Positions 1-13,424 of a stretch of 64,000 nucleotides of DNA are shown piece by piece. The notes under the pieces were generated by a model. The model did not search any database and was not told the origin of the DNA. It saw only the letters and a list, made by a program, of their open reading frames with translations. Position 1 is the first letter of the stretch. Every line of letters starts with the position of its first letter. Source of the stretch: Lingula anatina. Lineage: Eukaryota > Animalia > Brachiopoda. The stretch spans positions 33,300,401 to 33,364,400 of the forward strand of contig CM120641.1 in the NCBI GenBank assembly GCA_051362555.1, written 5' to 3'. Made by a program: the position numbers and the translations under genes.

Positions 1-1581
1 GTACTGGGAGAGGAGGAGAGATAATATGGATGTGAACTTTTATATAAAAAGATTATGCTAGTTTGATTTGCCTGAGTAGTACACCTACCATCCTAGCTAT
101 TTTTGGAGCAGCATACACGGTTTCAGCATGGTGAACCCTAAGACCCGGCTCTCTCATGCAATTCAATACATATTTGCAATAAAGGTGTGGAGCAGTTATA
201 ATAAAAATAATAACCTCTTCCCCATGCTAGCTTCCAGGGTATAGAAATATATCTCAGCCGTGATCAGGTAGACTATTATTTTGTGAATATTAAGCATAGC
301 AAGCGCGATGGGCCGCAGCAAGGGGCGGTTGGGCTTGCTGAATGTTTGTTAGCGTTATTTGCCACCAGCAGTGTTACCGTTACCGTTTCTTAAATAACAC
401 TGAGTCATGTTATTAAATGTTCTAAATCTGTAGAAGTAATTTGAGGAGTGGTATATATGCTGTGCATCTACTGCACGTGACTTAATACGCCACCTCGTGG
501 CAGGTGAGAGTGGCTAAGAACCTAGTAAGCAGACACTATAAATAATGATATTATAGTAGTTATATATCAGTTATGTTGGTGGATTTCATTTCTTTGTATT
601 TAAATGTTTGACAAACGTTTAAGGCGAAAGGGGTGGGGGGAATTACTGACCTAAAATGTCTTCTTATTAAAAAAATGAAATAAATTCTGTTCTCGTTTTT
701 TGTACCATTTCCTTTATTTCCGTTGTCAAATTCCAACTTATTCGTTCGTTGGTAACACTGCGCTCAACGTTTTTTTTTTTCTTTGTCGTTCCAAATGGAT
801 TTAAATATATTTTAAGTAGATTACTAGATATATTGAGGTTCAGTTAATTTCCTGGCTAAAACAACAGTGTTCTTATGTCAGTAGGCCTAATGTGAGACTT
901 GGAAGCGTACGGGCTATTTCTTAAAGAAAAGATGGGGTGTTTTTTTGACTTAGTTAATTAAAAAAAAAACAGCGAAAGCCTCTGCCAAGGCAGCTCATTT
1001 CTCATTATTATTCATAAATTAGTTATTCAATAAATCAAACAATCAATCTAATAATTAATTAATTAACTCAATAACATAACCTGATATGTAGTTATGATGC
1101 AGGATATTCGGACTTTTTACTGACTGTGGTAGTTGACAGCACATCCATTGCTGTAAAGCAATAGAACTGCTTTCAACTACCACAATTGATCAATGTAAAG
1201 TCTTTCGTTTAATTAATTAATAATAGAAGTAGTAATAATAATAATAAAGAAAGAAAGTGAGAGAGAGAAAATGCAAAAAACTTTCTTCACAATATTTCTT
1301 CACTGATTTTATAATAATGAGATGTAACTTACATAAAATTTTAATTAACATAAAATATGTAAGCATATTGATAAAGCCTTTTGAAGCAAAAACTTCGTCA
1401 CTTCCCTAGTTTTATCTGAAATAATTTTCAAAAGGGGGTCAATTTTTTAGTGTTACAAATAATTTAATGTGAAAAAAAAGACTGTACCTGTATTTGTCTG
1501 TAGAGCTAAACGTACTCCACTTTTTTTCAAAAAAAATCTTTTTTTTTCTAAGCATAGGAGTGGGGATTATTATATATCATG

Positions 1582-1682
1582 CAGTGGCGGATTTGGAGAG
1601 GGGGTTCAGGGGGGTTGGCTTCGCATCCGAGGCCTGTCGTTCTGCCCCCCCCCCCCTTCAAATAATCCTGGATCCGCCCCTG
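1582..1682. mobile_element. Short non-autonomous DNA transposon (MITE) with CAGTGGCGGAT...ATCCGCCCCTG termini and 5-bp TSD TCATG
   Basis: Imperfect terminal inverted repeats. TCATG at 1577-1581 and 1683-1687. A related, longer copy lies in the opposite orientation at 24988-25260. Confidence 0.75.
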
Positions 1683-4501
1683 TCATGTTGTCGCCAGTGG
1701 CCTAACGGAAATTATGCAACCACTACACGCTATGTGTACGGAGACTACCTGACGGTCCAGGTACAGTACTGCAATGAGAGTAAAGATGGCGCTATTAACG
1801 TTAGAAAAAAAAATCCATGTTTTGTGTTTTTTTTAAGTTTGTACAAATTTACATTATTCGGCCGTTGTATTTGACCAAACTTGTATATTCTGTCAAGCAT
1901 CCATTTTCGGGTAGTTTGAGCATGCACCGACTGAAGACTGACACTCACACAATAACCTTGCGCGCGTTATACGTCACAGGTCTTGCGTAACTACCCGCGT
2001 GCTACGATTTTTCCCTTGGGGGGCAGCAAGCGGCCATTTTGTACACGAGCAAAGCATAGATGGGTGAAAACGATACGTTGTTTTTAACCAAAAACGATGT
2101 CCCCAGGGCGAAACTGCCAACACCAAAAGTAAAGGAGCATACCAACGTTGTTTTGAAACGATGTGGTTAGCCTGTCAGTGGCGAGTTGGGGAGAAAAGAG
2201 CAGCACTGATAACAAGGTACTGTATACACGTGAACCGGCAAAGTTACTGATAATTTCATGTTGCAAAAGCATAATTAAATCAGTAAGTTATTTTCCAAAG
2301 GATATTATTTGAATAGCAGATACATAAATCAAACTAACAACAATAAAATTTTTTGATGACATTGAAAATCAAAACCTGCGGTGCACGATAGGTTGAGGAG
2401 GACACTGCCACAGCAAGTAATGCATGAATTTTGTTACACAACACCATATGCTTGTGTCATTGTTAACTCTGTGGTATTATTACTCAATTTACTGCTCAAA
2501 TTAATACCTGATACTATTTCTCAGGCTACCAAGTACAAATCAATTTATTTTGTGGCAATTGACCTCCATGTTCCATCTTGTGTGCAGGTTGTTTATTTTT
2601 GTTATCATTATTATTATTATTTTTTCAAACACATTTTGATAAAGTGGCTATGCTTTAACAAGAGAAATTTATGCTGAAGTTTAAAAGATTAAATTATCAG
2701 TAGTATGTACAATTAAAGCTATTAATTTGATTATGCATATTTGATTTTCAATTATCTTGATTATGATATGAGGTTTCTGCATTTTTCTCTTGCCCTCAAA
2801 TCAATATCTAACAAGTAAATTAATAGTGCTTTATTACAAATTTGCTTTATACTTTCAGATGTAACAACTGTGTAGCAGTTGGTAAAGCTGTAGAGATTGA
2901 TGTGAGCATAGATCAGGGGAAATGGTATTAGAGAAACTAGGAGGACAAGACATAGATAATGTACTAGTAGATCCATCATCACAGCAAGGATAGATGGTGT
3001 GATCTTGTCCCTGAAGCTATGCCACAAGTTTTCAAACTGGTTAAGTCCTTACTAAGACAAGCTGCTGCGGTGTGAATCGTTGTACATTCAGGTTATACAT
3101 GGCAGATTTATGACAAAAGAGACCTTCACAATATACTTCAAAGAAGTTATTCTTGCATCTATGCCTCAAAAGTACACAGTTACAGTGACTAGAGCATTGT
3201 CTGCAAATAGAGAGGCAGTGAAGGCTGCAAGGTGCCATTGTTTTTCAGTATTAAGAATGACAGTATCTGTTTTTTATTTGTTTATTTTTATTTTTCATTT
3301 TTAATGGGAGGGAGACTCACTTTGTTCTTTCAATGCCCATTCAGTTAAGGGTTGGTGGCAATATATGGTAAATCTGTCATGCCTGTATGTAGAATTTCTC
3401 TGTCTCAAATTTCTACATTTATTGGGTGCATTATGAAGTTTCCTGACTGATTAATGAGGTTACTTGCAGAAATATCTTGCTTACACACATTTTGTGATAT
3501 TTTTACTACTTTATACATATGATTATTCACATCTCATCAGTGGTGTGTGAACGGTACTTGGTATTTGCATTTTAGAACTGTAGATCTGTGTACCAGCAGG
3601 GTTATATTTCATATATCTGCGAATGTTTCCAAAAATAAGCTTCATGTTTGATAATTAATTGGTTTGAAATAAATAAATAAATAACCCAAATAAAATCAAT
3701 TCATTTTATATTTCACATAATTTGTTTTTATTATTCTTCTAAGCATTTAATCATAACATCTCCCATCATTATACTGTTATTGTGTAATAACATTGAAAGT
3801 TTCCAAGTTTTTATTAACAGGTTGATGCTAACGTATTACAAATGAACATAACTTCATAAGCATTAAAACATATTTCCTTACTCAAATGTATCAAACGTAC
3901 CACTGGCATAATAGCGGTAAAGATACAGGTAAAGATGACAGCATTGATAACTGAGTTTACAGCGCTTTTAGTGCAGCTTGGCTAGTGTCAGATTGTTATC
4001 TGATAAAGTTTGCTACTAGTACCTGGGAAGAAAAGGTCTGGCACTTGGCAATCAAGTTGATAAAATCACAAAACGCCTGTAGAAAATAGAGCATACCTGT
4101 CCAACAGCGATTTGTTCAGATTCTTGACTAAGGGGTGCGTTACTGGTGTCAAGGGCCAAGACTTGAACTTTGGGGTTTGGCATGTCACTGGACATTCCTC
4201 TCGATTTCTGCCCAAATCTAATAAAGCCTCAGTTGCTTAACTTTCGCCAAATTTCCAATATCTACAGGTTGTGTTGTTTAATGCTTGGGGTCTCTTCTTT
4301 GGTGGCGGTTAATTGGGGACACCTGTGCGGCCTGTCAACGCACCAAGATTCACTTTTGCCGTTGCCACATTTTCAATTGCCGTAAATATCAAATTCATGA
4401 ATAGAATGAGGAAAAATGACAGTTATGAAAAAATGTTTGGAAGTACCTGTCACCTTCGCCACAGTAACCATATGGGCTGTGCTGCCCCCCCCCCACCACA
4501 G

Positions 4502-4515
4502 GCGCCACCTTGCGG
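4502..4515 (-). promoter_or_regulatory. CTCF-like motif (CCGCAAGGTGGCGC) in the CpG-richer region upstream of the TGN-family gene
   Basis: By-eye match to the CTCF core consensus, about 160 bp upstream of ATG 4675. Motif match only. Confidence 0.35.
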
Positions 4516-4674
4516 AGCAAGCGTGCGTAATCCAGGGTGCAACTGAAAATAACCTTGTCGCGCGACCTTATTCACTGAATGCAACAACATAGACGTCTTG
4601 GCAATACATTTGTGACCGACCCGACATCTATTGGTCAGATTCAATAGTTACCTGCGGGAAGCACTGACTGTACG

Positions 4675-7600
4675 ATGACACGTTTTCTCTGTTGCGTTTT
4701 ATCGCTTTTCTTTTGGATTTCCTCAGCAGAAGATACTGGATTGAGTGAAACAAAATCAGCATGCCTTTCGCAGATCTTTTCAGCACAGTCTTCAAGATGT
4801 ACCGGTGTGGTAAACCCAGCATCAGACGCCAGAACGCTGACGAAAGCTGCCTGTTTACAGCTTATAAGCAGTGCAACCAGTGATTTATGCGCAAACGTAA
4901 AATCACCAAGTTGTTTGAGCGAGGCGGCTGTGTTGTATTTGTTGAATGATGAAGATAAATCTAAATGGGGTGTTGTCTGCTCGGTGATAAAAAATGCCCC
5001 GATTAAGATACCTGATCAAGTAATGAAGGGACAGTATGAGGTTCTGACCCAGGATGATACAATATGCAGCACATACTGCCCCAAAGATGACATGAAGGAA
5101 ACCTGCATTATGCTATATTTGATAGCACAGTCTCAGAAAGAAGGAGGTAATCACCATATACCCGTTTACACAACTAGATAGCATTTTTAGTTACTTTGGT
5201 GCCAGTCTTATAGTGGTGGCATTAAATGCCGAAATGACACCTTAGGTTGTGTTCAGATTGATAGTAGTCAGTCCAGCGGGATTGATCTATCTTGATCTAT
5301 GGGGATTCTCGCTTAAGTGCACTTAATATAGTCAACTTAATTGTCTGGCCCACAATCTCCAGAAGCTAGGGGGTAATTATCATTCCTAGCTTCTGGGGGG
5401 CAGACAATTAAGCTGGTTACATTGACTGCACTTTAGCGAGACCTCCCACTGAGTTAGATTGCTGTACCGATAACTTTTAGGCTCTGTTCACATGGAAAAT
5501 CTATTTTTTAAAAATCTAAAAATCTATTTTCGGTATCTTGTGATCACGGTCTGTGCCCTGGATACCCCTCGGCTTAATAACTGGCAGCGCAGAGAATTAA
5601 TTACAGCTTTGGAAGTAACTAGTAGCGCTGCCCGTAATTATGCCGTGGGGTATTCAAGGCACAGACCGTGATCACAAGATACCGCAAATAGATTTTTAGA
5701 TTTTGAGAAAATAGATTTTTCATGTGAACGCAGCCTTAATCTCAGGAGCTGCAAAAATATTTTTTTCTGTAACAGATGAACATTTACTGTACTGAGTTCA
5801 AGATTAATGTAATTTGCAGTGCAAAATCTAAAGAGCAAGTTATTTTGATGTTAAAGCAATATAGAGGTGTCATTCCTTGTCATTTCAGTATTTTAATACT
5901 TAAAAGTGACAATTGTCTTGTAGTTATAGTACAAAGTTGGAACAGACTGGGAATTAAAGTTAACCAATAACTAAGCAACCATGTTCATCTGATATCTAAT
6001 ACCTGAGAATGTTGAGCAGCAGGATTTATATGTACAGAGGCATGAATTGTTGACAAAAATAAAACACATCAGCTTGATATGCTGAACAATCTAACTTGCA
6101 CATATATAATTAATATTAATGATGGTATATGTATAAATAAATTTTTAATGGAACATAATATTGAAAAGCAAATTACCCATTCAGTTTGTTACTGGACAAA
6201 AGATAATATTTGTAAAGTCTAATTGGTTAAGAAATAAAGGGAGGTGAGAAAGGGGGAGGTAGAGAAGAAGAGAAGCATATCATATATTACTGTACAGATT
6301 TAAATACTACAGGCAAATAAATGTAAGATAAACTCCATCGGCTTGGATCCTTCTCAGGGTAGATAGTACACCTCAGCTCACACTGGTCCTGCATTGGGTC
6401 CTCCTCTACTCCTACCTCCTGCATATCCTCTTTGATAGCATCCATGAACCTTTTCCTTGCAAGGCTTGGCCACAGACAAATGTAAGATATGCTTACCAAG
6501 TATGTAAATGAGTGAGAATATTATTTTGAATATTTAACTGCATGCTTCACATTTTTTCAGTTGTTTGCCCTACTGCTGCCAACAACGTGATTGGTGTAAA
6601 TCAGGGTGAGGGTGGGGCACCAACACAGCCACAGGGAGGCAGTGTATCAGGACAGACAGGCAGTGTACCCACACAGCCACAGGCAAGCAATGTACAGCCA
6701 CAGGCAGGTGATACACCAACACAGTCACAGTCTGGTAGTGTACCAACACAACCCCCACTTGGGAACCTGAACCAACAGTCAGGGTTGGTTAGTGGACCTA
6801 CACAGCCACTGGTTGGCAGCCTACCTGGACAGACACAGCCTGGCAGCCTACGTGGACAGACACAGCCTGGCAGCCTACCTGGTCAGACACAGCCTGGCAG
6901 CCTACCTGGACAGGCACAAACCGGCAGCCTACCGGGACAGACACAGACTGAAAGCCTACCGGGACAGACACAGGCTGCCAGCCTTCCAGGACAGACACAG
7001 ATGGGCAGCCTACCAGGACAGGCACAAACCGGCAGCCTACCGGGACAGACACAGACTGAAAGCCTACCGGGACAGACACAGGCTGCCAGCCTTCCAGGAC
7101 AGACACAGATGGGCAACCTACCAGGACAGACACAGACTGGCAGCTTACCTGGACAGACACAAACTGGCAGCCTACCTGGACAGGCACAGACTGGCAGCTT
7201 ACCAGGACAGACACATGAAAGCCTACCGGGACAGACACAGGCTGCCAGCCTTCCAGGACAGACACAGATGGGCAGCCTACCAGGACAGACACAAACTGGC
7301 AACCTACCTGGACAGACACAGACTGGCGAACTACCTGAACAGACACAAACTGGCCGCCTACCTGGACAGACGCAGACTGGCGAAATACCTGAACAGACAC
7401 AGTCTGGCAGCCTTCCTGGACAGACAAAAGAAGGCAGTTTGCCCTCAAAACAAGAAGGTGACGCACCCAAACAACCACAGGCTACCAATGTACTGACAAA
7501 TCAAGCCAGTGGGTTACCAGCACAGCAACCGGCCAGTGCTCTACCAACACAGTCACAGACAGGTGAAAATCAGGGACAGTTGAGCAAGCAATCATCACAG

Positions 7601-9225
7601 GTTCCTGCTTCTTTGTCTTCTACATCCCCAAGTGCAACAGGTGCTGGTGTTACTGTGTCAGTCACTACATTGGGAGTGTCTGTGAAAGATTTAATTAGCT
7701 CCACTGCAACCAGCTTTTGGGCCTCTACTGGTAAGTTAAGTTTGCTTTGGAAAACTTTTTTTTTTTATTTCAAAACAAAAAATACAAAACACTCTCACAT
7801 CCATATATACATACAAGCTCTAACGATACTTAACTGTTAAATTTCCTATCCACAAAATCACTTCCTAATTTTTTCCATTTTTTAATAAAACCATCATTAT
7901 CCATATTTTGGCTATAAGTAAAGTAGTCACTTTCCATATATTGATCAATATAACTTTTTACTTTCAAGAAATCTGGGACACTTTTGGTCATTTTCTGGCA
8001 ATATATAAATTTTTTAACCAGACAAATAATTAAATTTACCAAACTTTGTTTTTTTCCAAATATAATGTCAATTAAGTTTAATCTTTCTTTTATATTTAAA
8101 TCATTTTCTAACCATTCTCTTACTTGTTCCCAGATTTCTGAAATTCTACCGCATTCCCAAAACAAATGAACAAAAGTTTCCTCCTCTTTTATACAATATA
8201 CACATAAATTTGATTCTACTACATTTATCCGAAATAAAAAAGAATTTGTTCCTAAGATTCTATGGACCAGTCAATATTGAAACCATCTAAGGCTCATTTC
8301 ATCCAACTTCTTAATCGAGTTATTCTTTTCCATCCACCATTTTTCATTGTGGTACACATTCAATTCCCTTTCCCATTTTATTTCACTTTTTGGTCTAAAA
8401 TACAAGCTAGTAACAAAGGTATCATATATAGGTCTTACTCCCTTTTGATTTCTCATCAGAACTTCTAGAAATTTTGGTCTAAAGGGAATATTCATATATA
8501 TATCAATGTTTTTCTTATTTCTAATCATTTTCTCAATGCACTGTACAATACCATAAAACATTGTGAATGGTGGGTAGAAATTAAATTTACTACAAAAATT
8601 GGCATAATTTAAACAGTTATTATTTTCATCTACAAAATCAGAATTGCTTTGGAAAACTGATTCTTTTGAAGTTGTAAACTAAAGTGTTTGACCTATATAT
8701 AACAAGAGAAAAAATTAATATTTCTGGAAATCGCAGCAATTTTCTGTTTTTTTTACCAAGGCATTCCATTCCAATGACGATGTCATTGTGGGTGTGCACT
8801 TTTCATTCTTAACACAATAATGGATGTATTATCCTCAAACTAACTGGAGTGATTTATGGCACTTTAATAGCAACATTGTCTGAATCCCCTTGGTAGTAAC
8901 AGTTGTACATAATGAGAAATTGGTTGTGATTTTGCTGTTAAGCATTGTGTACTTTAACTTTGTGAACTGTCGTCATAAATTTCTGCTTTATGTCTATACA
9001 TTTGACATCTATGCTGCCTTGGTTTCTGTTAAACATATCCAAGAGATAGATCACACAAAAGTGGGAAGATTTTTTTCTTTTTTAGTTTACCACCAGAACA
9101 TTTTTTTCTGTTTTCATCATTAGTTTCTGTGTATGAAAACTAAAGATATTGTTTTTTTTTTTTCAATGGAAAGATTATTGTTGAGTTTTCCTGCTGTAAT
9201 ACTTTCAAATGCTTCATAATAGTTG

Positions 9226-9295
<70 letters not shown>

Positions 9296-12200
9296 CGCAC
9301 ACATACCTGTATATATCCTATTAGAGTGAATAATTCAGCAGTTGCTTTAGTGAATAATGGATGTCAAGCTGTTACATTAACTACGCAGTTGTACTGCATT
9401 ATCACCAAGCATTAGCTCGTGGAGGTTTGAAATATTTAGTGAAATTGTATATGTGTTGCAACAACATAGAAATAAGTTGAAAGTTTCAGTACTAAGTGGG
9501 CCAGTCAAAGAAATACTTTGTATTATGGCTATAAATTTTAAAAATATGTTTCAAACAGTGAAATCATCCTGATTAAAAAGAATCCAATTTAATGAAAGCC
9601 AGAATTATAGAGTTCAGACTCTGATGCTTTATCTTTTAGAAGCTGCTTCATTTTCCGTCTTTCTCTCTCTCTCTCTCTCTCTGACAACAAAATGCAATAT
9701 AGTTGAGGAGTTAAAATTAAATTATATCTTCCAAAGTGACTTCCATGACCTTTAAGAGTGAACCTTTCTGTTAAGATCTTCAAGATTCTCTTTCTCTCTT
9801 CAGGAAGTACAGTAGAACTTGGGAATGGTGTTCCAATTGGAAATCAGAACCAAGGAGATGGTAAGTTTGATTTTCACCACCAGCATAGTTGTCTGTGGCT
9901 AAATTGTGATAAATGTTTCGCTTCATTTTTTTTGGCAATATTTAGGTCTGTTGGTGGAAAAATTGATTTTGCAGATATTGGTTAGCAGTTTGTCTTTCTT
10001 TTCACCTGTTGTTAATGGTGCTTTCTTTTATCTCATCACCAAAGTAAGTACTTGTGTTATCGTGTCTGCTTCTTTTCACTTACTTACTTATGATGGAAAA
10101 TTTAAATGTGATAATTTTATGGTTGTAGACTACGGTGAAGGGGAGCCTGATGAAACTGCAAATAATCAGAACATGCTTAACTCTAATGATGGTATGTCTT
10201 TTTGTAGTGCCCACCTCGTATCTTATATCTCACACCAATCTTAATCACAATCATATGAAATAAACACATAAAGTGCAGCACTGTCACAACTAACGCAACC
10301 ACGCTTGACAGCAAACATTAGCCCAAAAAGTACACACTTATTAAACAAAATTAGTCTAATTATACTTTATGTCACCTTTTCTTTGTCTCGCCATTTTAGT
10401 CAATTTAAAAGTAAGCTAAAGTAGAAATATGCACTAGATAATTTCTTAAGGCAATTCTTGTGCCAATAGGTGAATAATGAGCATTTACTAGTATATTACC
10501 TAAAGCCTTTCTTATTGATATTGTATTTCTGTGCTTTTCTCACTTTGATTTTAATACTATCATTCTCTGGTGAAAAACTATTTTATTGATGTTGTTGCCA
10601 TTGTAATTGCACTGGTGTTGATTTTACTTATTATTAATCTTTTGATATCTCAGCAAACTGTTACATTCCCCTCTGTTTTCTTACTAGACTTTCACTTTTT
10701 TAATTGCTTCTGCTGTTTTAAAGTCCTATTTGCTTTGTCTGGTTGCAGATTTTTTTGAGAGTGAACAAGACAACAACTATGGGTATTTTGAAAAACCTGA
10801 TGGTATGTCATTTTCTATGTCAGCATTGGATCTCTATACAGTTACCAAAAAAAAAAAAATGGAAATATTCCTGGAAATTTCACCAGTTTATACAGACAGT
10901 TTTGAAATTTCCATGAAATTTTGTTTTGCAGTCATGTTTATTATTTTATATATTTATTTATCTTATTATTATTTTGCTATATAAAGGTCTAATGTTCATT
11001 GTACCACATTTACACTTTTGCACCCAGCAACCTTTCAGCTCAGATCATAAATCTCAAACCCAGTGACAGCTATCACTGCTTTCCTCATACAGTTTGCACT
11101 GTTAGGCTCACAGTGCCACCTTAAAATAAACAGACACAATTTGTTCTTTGGGGTTCACAATCAAACAAAGTGCTCCATCTTGAAAATTCATGGTTTGGAA
11201 TAAAACCTATTGTCACAGTAGGACTTAAGTTACTAATACCCCATTCACACTACAGTTGCAAAAATGCGCATTTCTACAATCCAAATTTTTCTTGAGGAAT
11301 TCGATTCGGTATTGCGTTCACACACGCTAAGCGAAACCGAATTACATGTTGAAAATTTCAGGCTTAACTTCCTGTTTTGAACACTCGCGCATGCGCCGCA
11401 CAGGAAATCTTAAAATACCAACAAAAATTTGTTACGACAAATGCAACTCAAAAGACATTCCAGCATTCTTGAGAAGTATAAGGTGGCAAAATAAGTTTGG
11501 ATCCTCATGTTGTAGTGAGTGGTGACGTCCAAATACGTTTGGTGCAATCGCTAAAGTAATAAACAAGCGTTCATAGATACCCGCACTTATCTGCACACAT
11601 GCGCAGTAAGATCTGTACAGGTGTCGATTCCGGTAAGTTATCCGGATCGCGCTTAGAAATCCACCTTGCTTGCAGGATTTTGAAAATGCGCATTACAAAA
11701 ATCCTCTTGTGTTCACACTACTGCATTTATTCGAATTGTGACCTAATTCGCAATTTATCCGGATAACTGAGCGTAGTGTGAATGGGGTATAAGAGTGGGT
11801 AGTATGTTCTGTGTGTGGAGGATTTTAGAAGGAGCAAGTTTTTTTTTTTGAAAGAAAAAGGATATCAGAACACTGATAAATTTCTGTTTGGTTGAGCAAG
11901 TAGGATACCAATATGAATTCCCCATTTTGTTTTTATTTCACTTGATATCCCAGAAGATGTTCCAGTTCTTGATGAAGTATGGTTGACCCCCTAATTTCTG
12001 AATTGTTGAAAATTGTGATGTTATTTGACACAAAGGATCCTTCTTTAGTTTTGATTTTACTGCTGCTGCTATTGTTATTGATTTTTACAAATAGTTAAGC
12101 CACAGTCTTATAGTGCAGCACTTATATCAACAACATTGAGAAACTTAATTGGTAGGAACCTCAAACAGACATCTTGCAGAAAAACATCTTGCAGAAAATT

Positions 12201-13424
12201 TCATTTTGCTTTGCTATGTAAACCAATAATATATCCTCTGTTCATATAATGATAGCCAATCACATTTTGGGCACCACATCATAAACTTCTGAGGAATGAG
12301 CTTGTATTTCACCTGTTTCAAGGAGAAATTTAAAAAGTTTGATATGCCAAATAGATTACCTACAGCAATATGTATAATGATTATTCAGTTAACTGTAAAA
12401 ACATGGCTTTGTCAGAATGTACATTTTTGTGAGTGTCTCAAAATGATAAACTCTGAAAAAGTTTAGAATTATAAAAAATGAAGCTCTTGGAATTTCAAAG
12501 AAATTCCTATACTTCATAAACTAGTTAATCTAAGCACTTAACTTACATATATTATAGCCAGCCCACACTTCTAGTTCAAACACATTCTTCTTTGTATCAG
12601 ATTATCCCTTTATTTACACCTTATTTTTATGTTTGTTTAAGGAAGTGCCACAGGTGTCCGCTTTCGCAAGCCTGGGTTAGCTGTAAAGCTACAACCAGAA
12701 GAGGATAGACCAAAGAGCCACTTCATTGCCTATTTCTTTACAGTGGTGATCCTCTGTATTGTGGGATATATTGTGTTCCACAACAAGCAAAAGGTAAGTG
12801 ATACCGCTTGTCCTAAATTTAATTGACATCTCTGCTGTGTGACACAAAGTGATCCACAACAGGTAGAAAGTTAGTTATATAGCTTAATTATTTTAATTAA
12901 TTAAGAGATAGTTGTGGCAAAATCCCTCCATGCCCACACCCACCCCTACTCTCGCCCACCCCATAGAGCTTAATGTATTGCAAGGATGTTGATTTGCATG
13001 TATGAGATAACTCTGGGCAACCTCTTGCTCTGGGGGTTTCTAAAGATTTCCCAGTTTCAAGGAATTTCATTCTGACCCAGTTGCATCTGTGGCAGTGACA
13101 TCTGATATCTTGATGACAGATAACAGCACAATTGTTGATTAGAGATTGTTTATTCCCCCCCCCCCTTTTTATTTTGGAATAAAACTTGTAAGTTGATGCC
13201 ATATTTTGATTTTGTTATTGTGCAATATGAGGTTCATTTCTTAATTTTGATCTGTGCATTAAAGATTGTTTTTTTATTCTTTTCAGATAATTGCCTTTGT
13301 AGTTGAGGGTAGAAACACAAAAACCAGACGGCCAAACAGTAAAGACTACAGCAGGTTAGAGTCAAATGTTTCTGAAGTTCTTCCAGAGGGTGAAAAACCA
13401 CCGCCAGGGGGATATGTATACTAA
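4675..13424 (+). CDS. TGOLN2: Trans-Golgi network integral membrane protein (TGN38/TGN46-KCT2 family), 7 exons
   Basis: Phase-compatible GT-AG exons: 4675-5146, 6561-7730, 9804-9860, 10129-10191, 10749-10802, 12642-12793, 13287-13424. Signal peptide, Cys-rich N-terminus, Q/T/G/P/S repeat stalk and acidic stretch. TM segment SHFIAYFFTVVILCIVGYIVFHNKQK and tail IIAFVVEGRNTKTRRPNSKDYSRL resemble TGN46 (SHFFAYLV...[30 protein letters not shown]), including the YxxL sorting motif. Confidence 0.85.
5301..5448. repeat. Palindromic (fold-back) element, probably a MITE remnant
   Basis: Nested inverted arms: TCTCGCTTAAGTGCA/TGCACTTTAGCGAGA, TTAATTGTCTG/CAGACAATTAA and AGAAGCTAGG/CCTAGCTTCT. Confidence 0.6.
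5480..5735. mobile_element. PIF/Harbinger-type (Tourist-like) fold-back MITE
   Basis: GGCTCTGTTCACATGGAAAATCTATTTT... is inverted to ...AAAATAGATTTTTCATGTGAACGCAGCC, with arms of about 100 bp. TTA on both sides (5477-5479, 5736-5738). Confidence 0.8.
6814..7440 (+). repeat. 27-bp coding tandem repeat (GSLPGQTQT unit) with a 4-unit higher-order structure
   Basis: Unit about GGCAGCCTACCTGGACAGACACAGACT, more than 20 copies within exon 2. Confidence 0.95.
7757..8643 (-). mobile_element. 5'-truncated L1/Tx1-like non-LTR retrotransposon (3' end of ORF2 with the zf-RVT region)
   Basis: Minus-strand translation ...LRWFQY*LVHRILGTNSFLFRINVVESNLCVYCIKEEETFVHLFWECGRISEIW... (CxxC...ET..HLFWEC motif). 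AATAAA runs into an A-tail at about 7757-7770. 15-bp TSD TTGCTTTGGAAAACT at 7742-7756 and 8644-8658. Confidence 0.9.
9228..9287. repeat. (TA)n microsatellite
   Basis: Directly visible. Confidence 0.95.
11237..11789. mobile_element. PIF/Harbinger-type MITE
   Basis: Perfect 17-bp TIR TACCCCATTCACACTAC / GTAGTGTGAATGGGGTA. TAA TSD at 11234-11236 and 11790-11792. Confidence 0.85.

Noticed and set aside
6814-7440. CRISPR-like regular repeat
   Set aside because: No unique spacers. It is a coding tandem repeat in a eukaryotic exon.
6792-7496. Long alternative-frame ORFs (DRHRLAAY..., VCVCPGRL..., QSVSVQVGC...)
   Set aside because: By-products of the stop-poor 27-bp repeat. Only the GSLPGQTQT frame fits the splice phases.
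11954-11976. Possible extra acidic micro-exon (EDVPVLDE) of the TGN-family gene
   Set aside because: Its available donor is phase 0, but the next acceptor requires phase 1.
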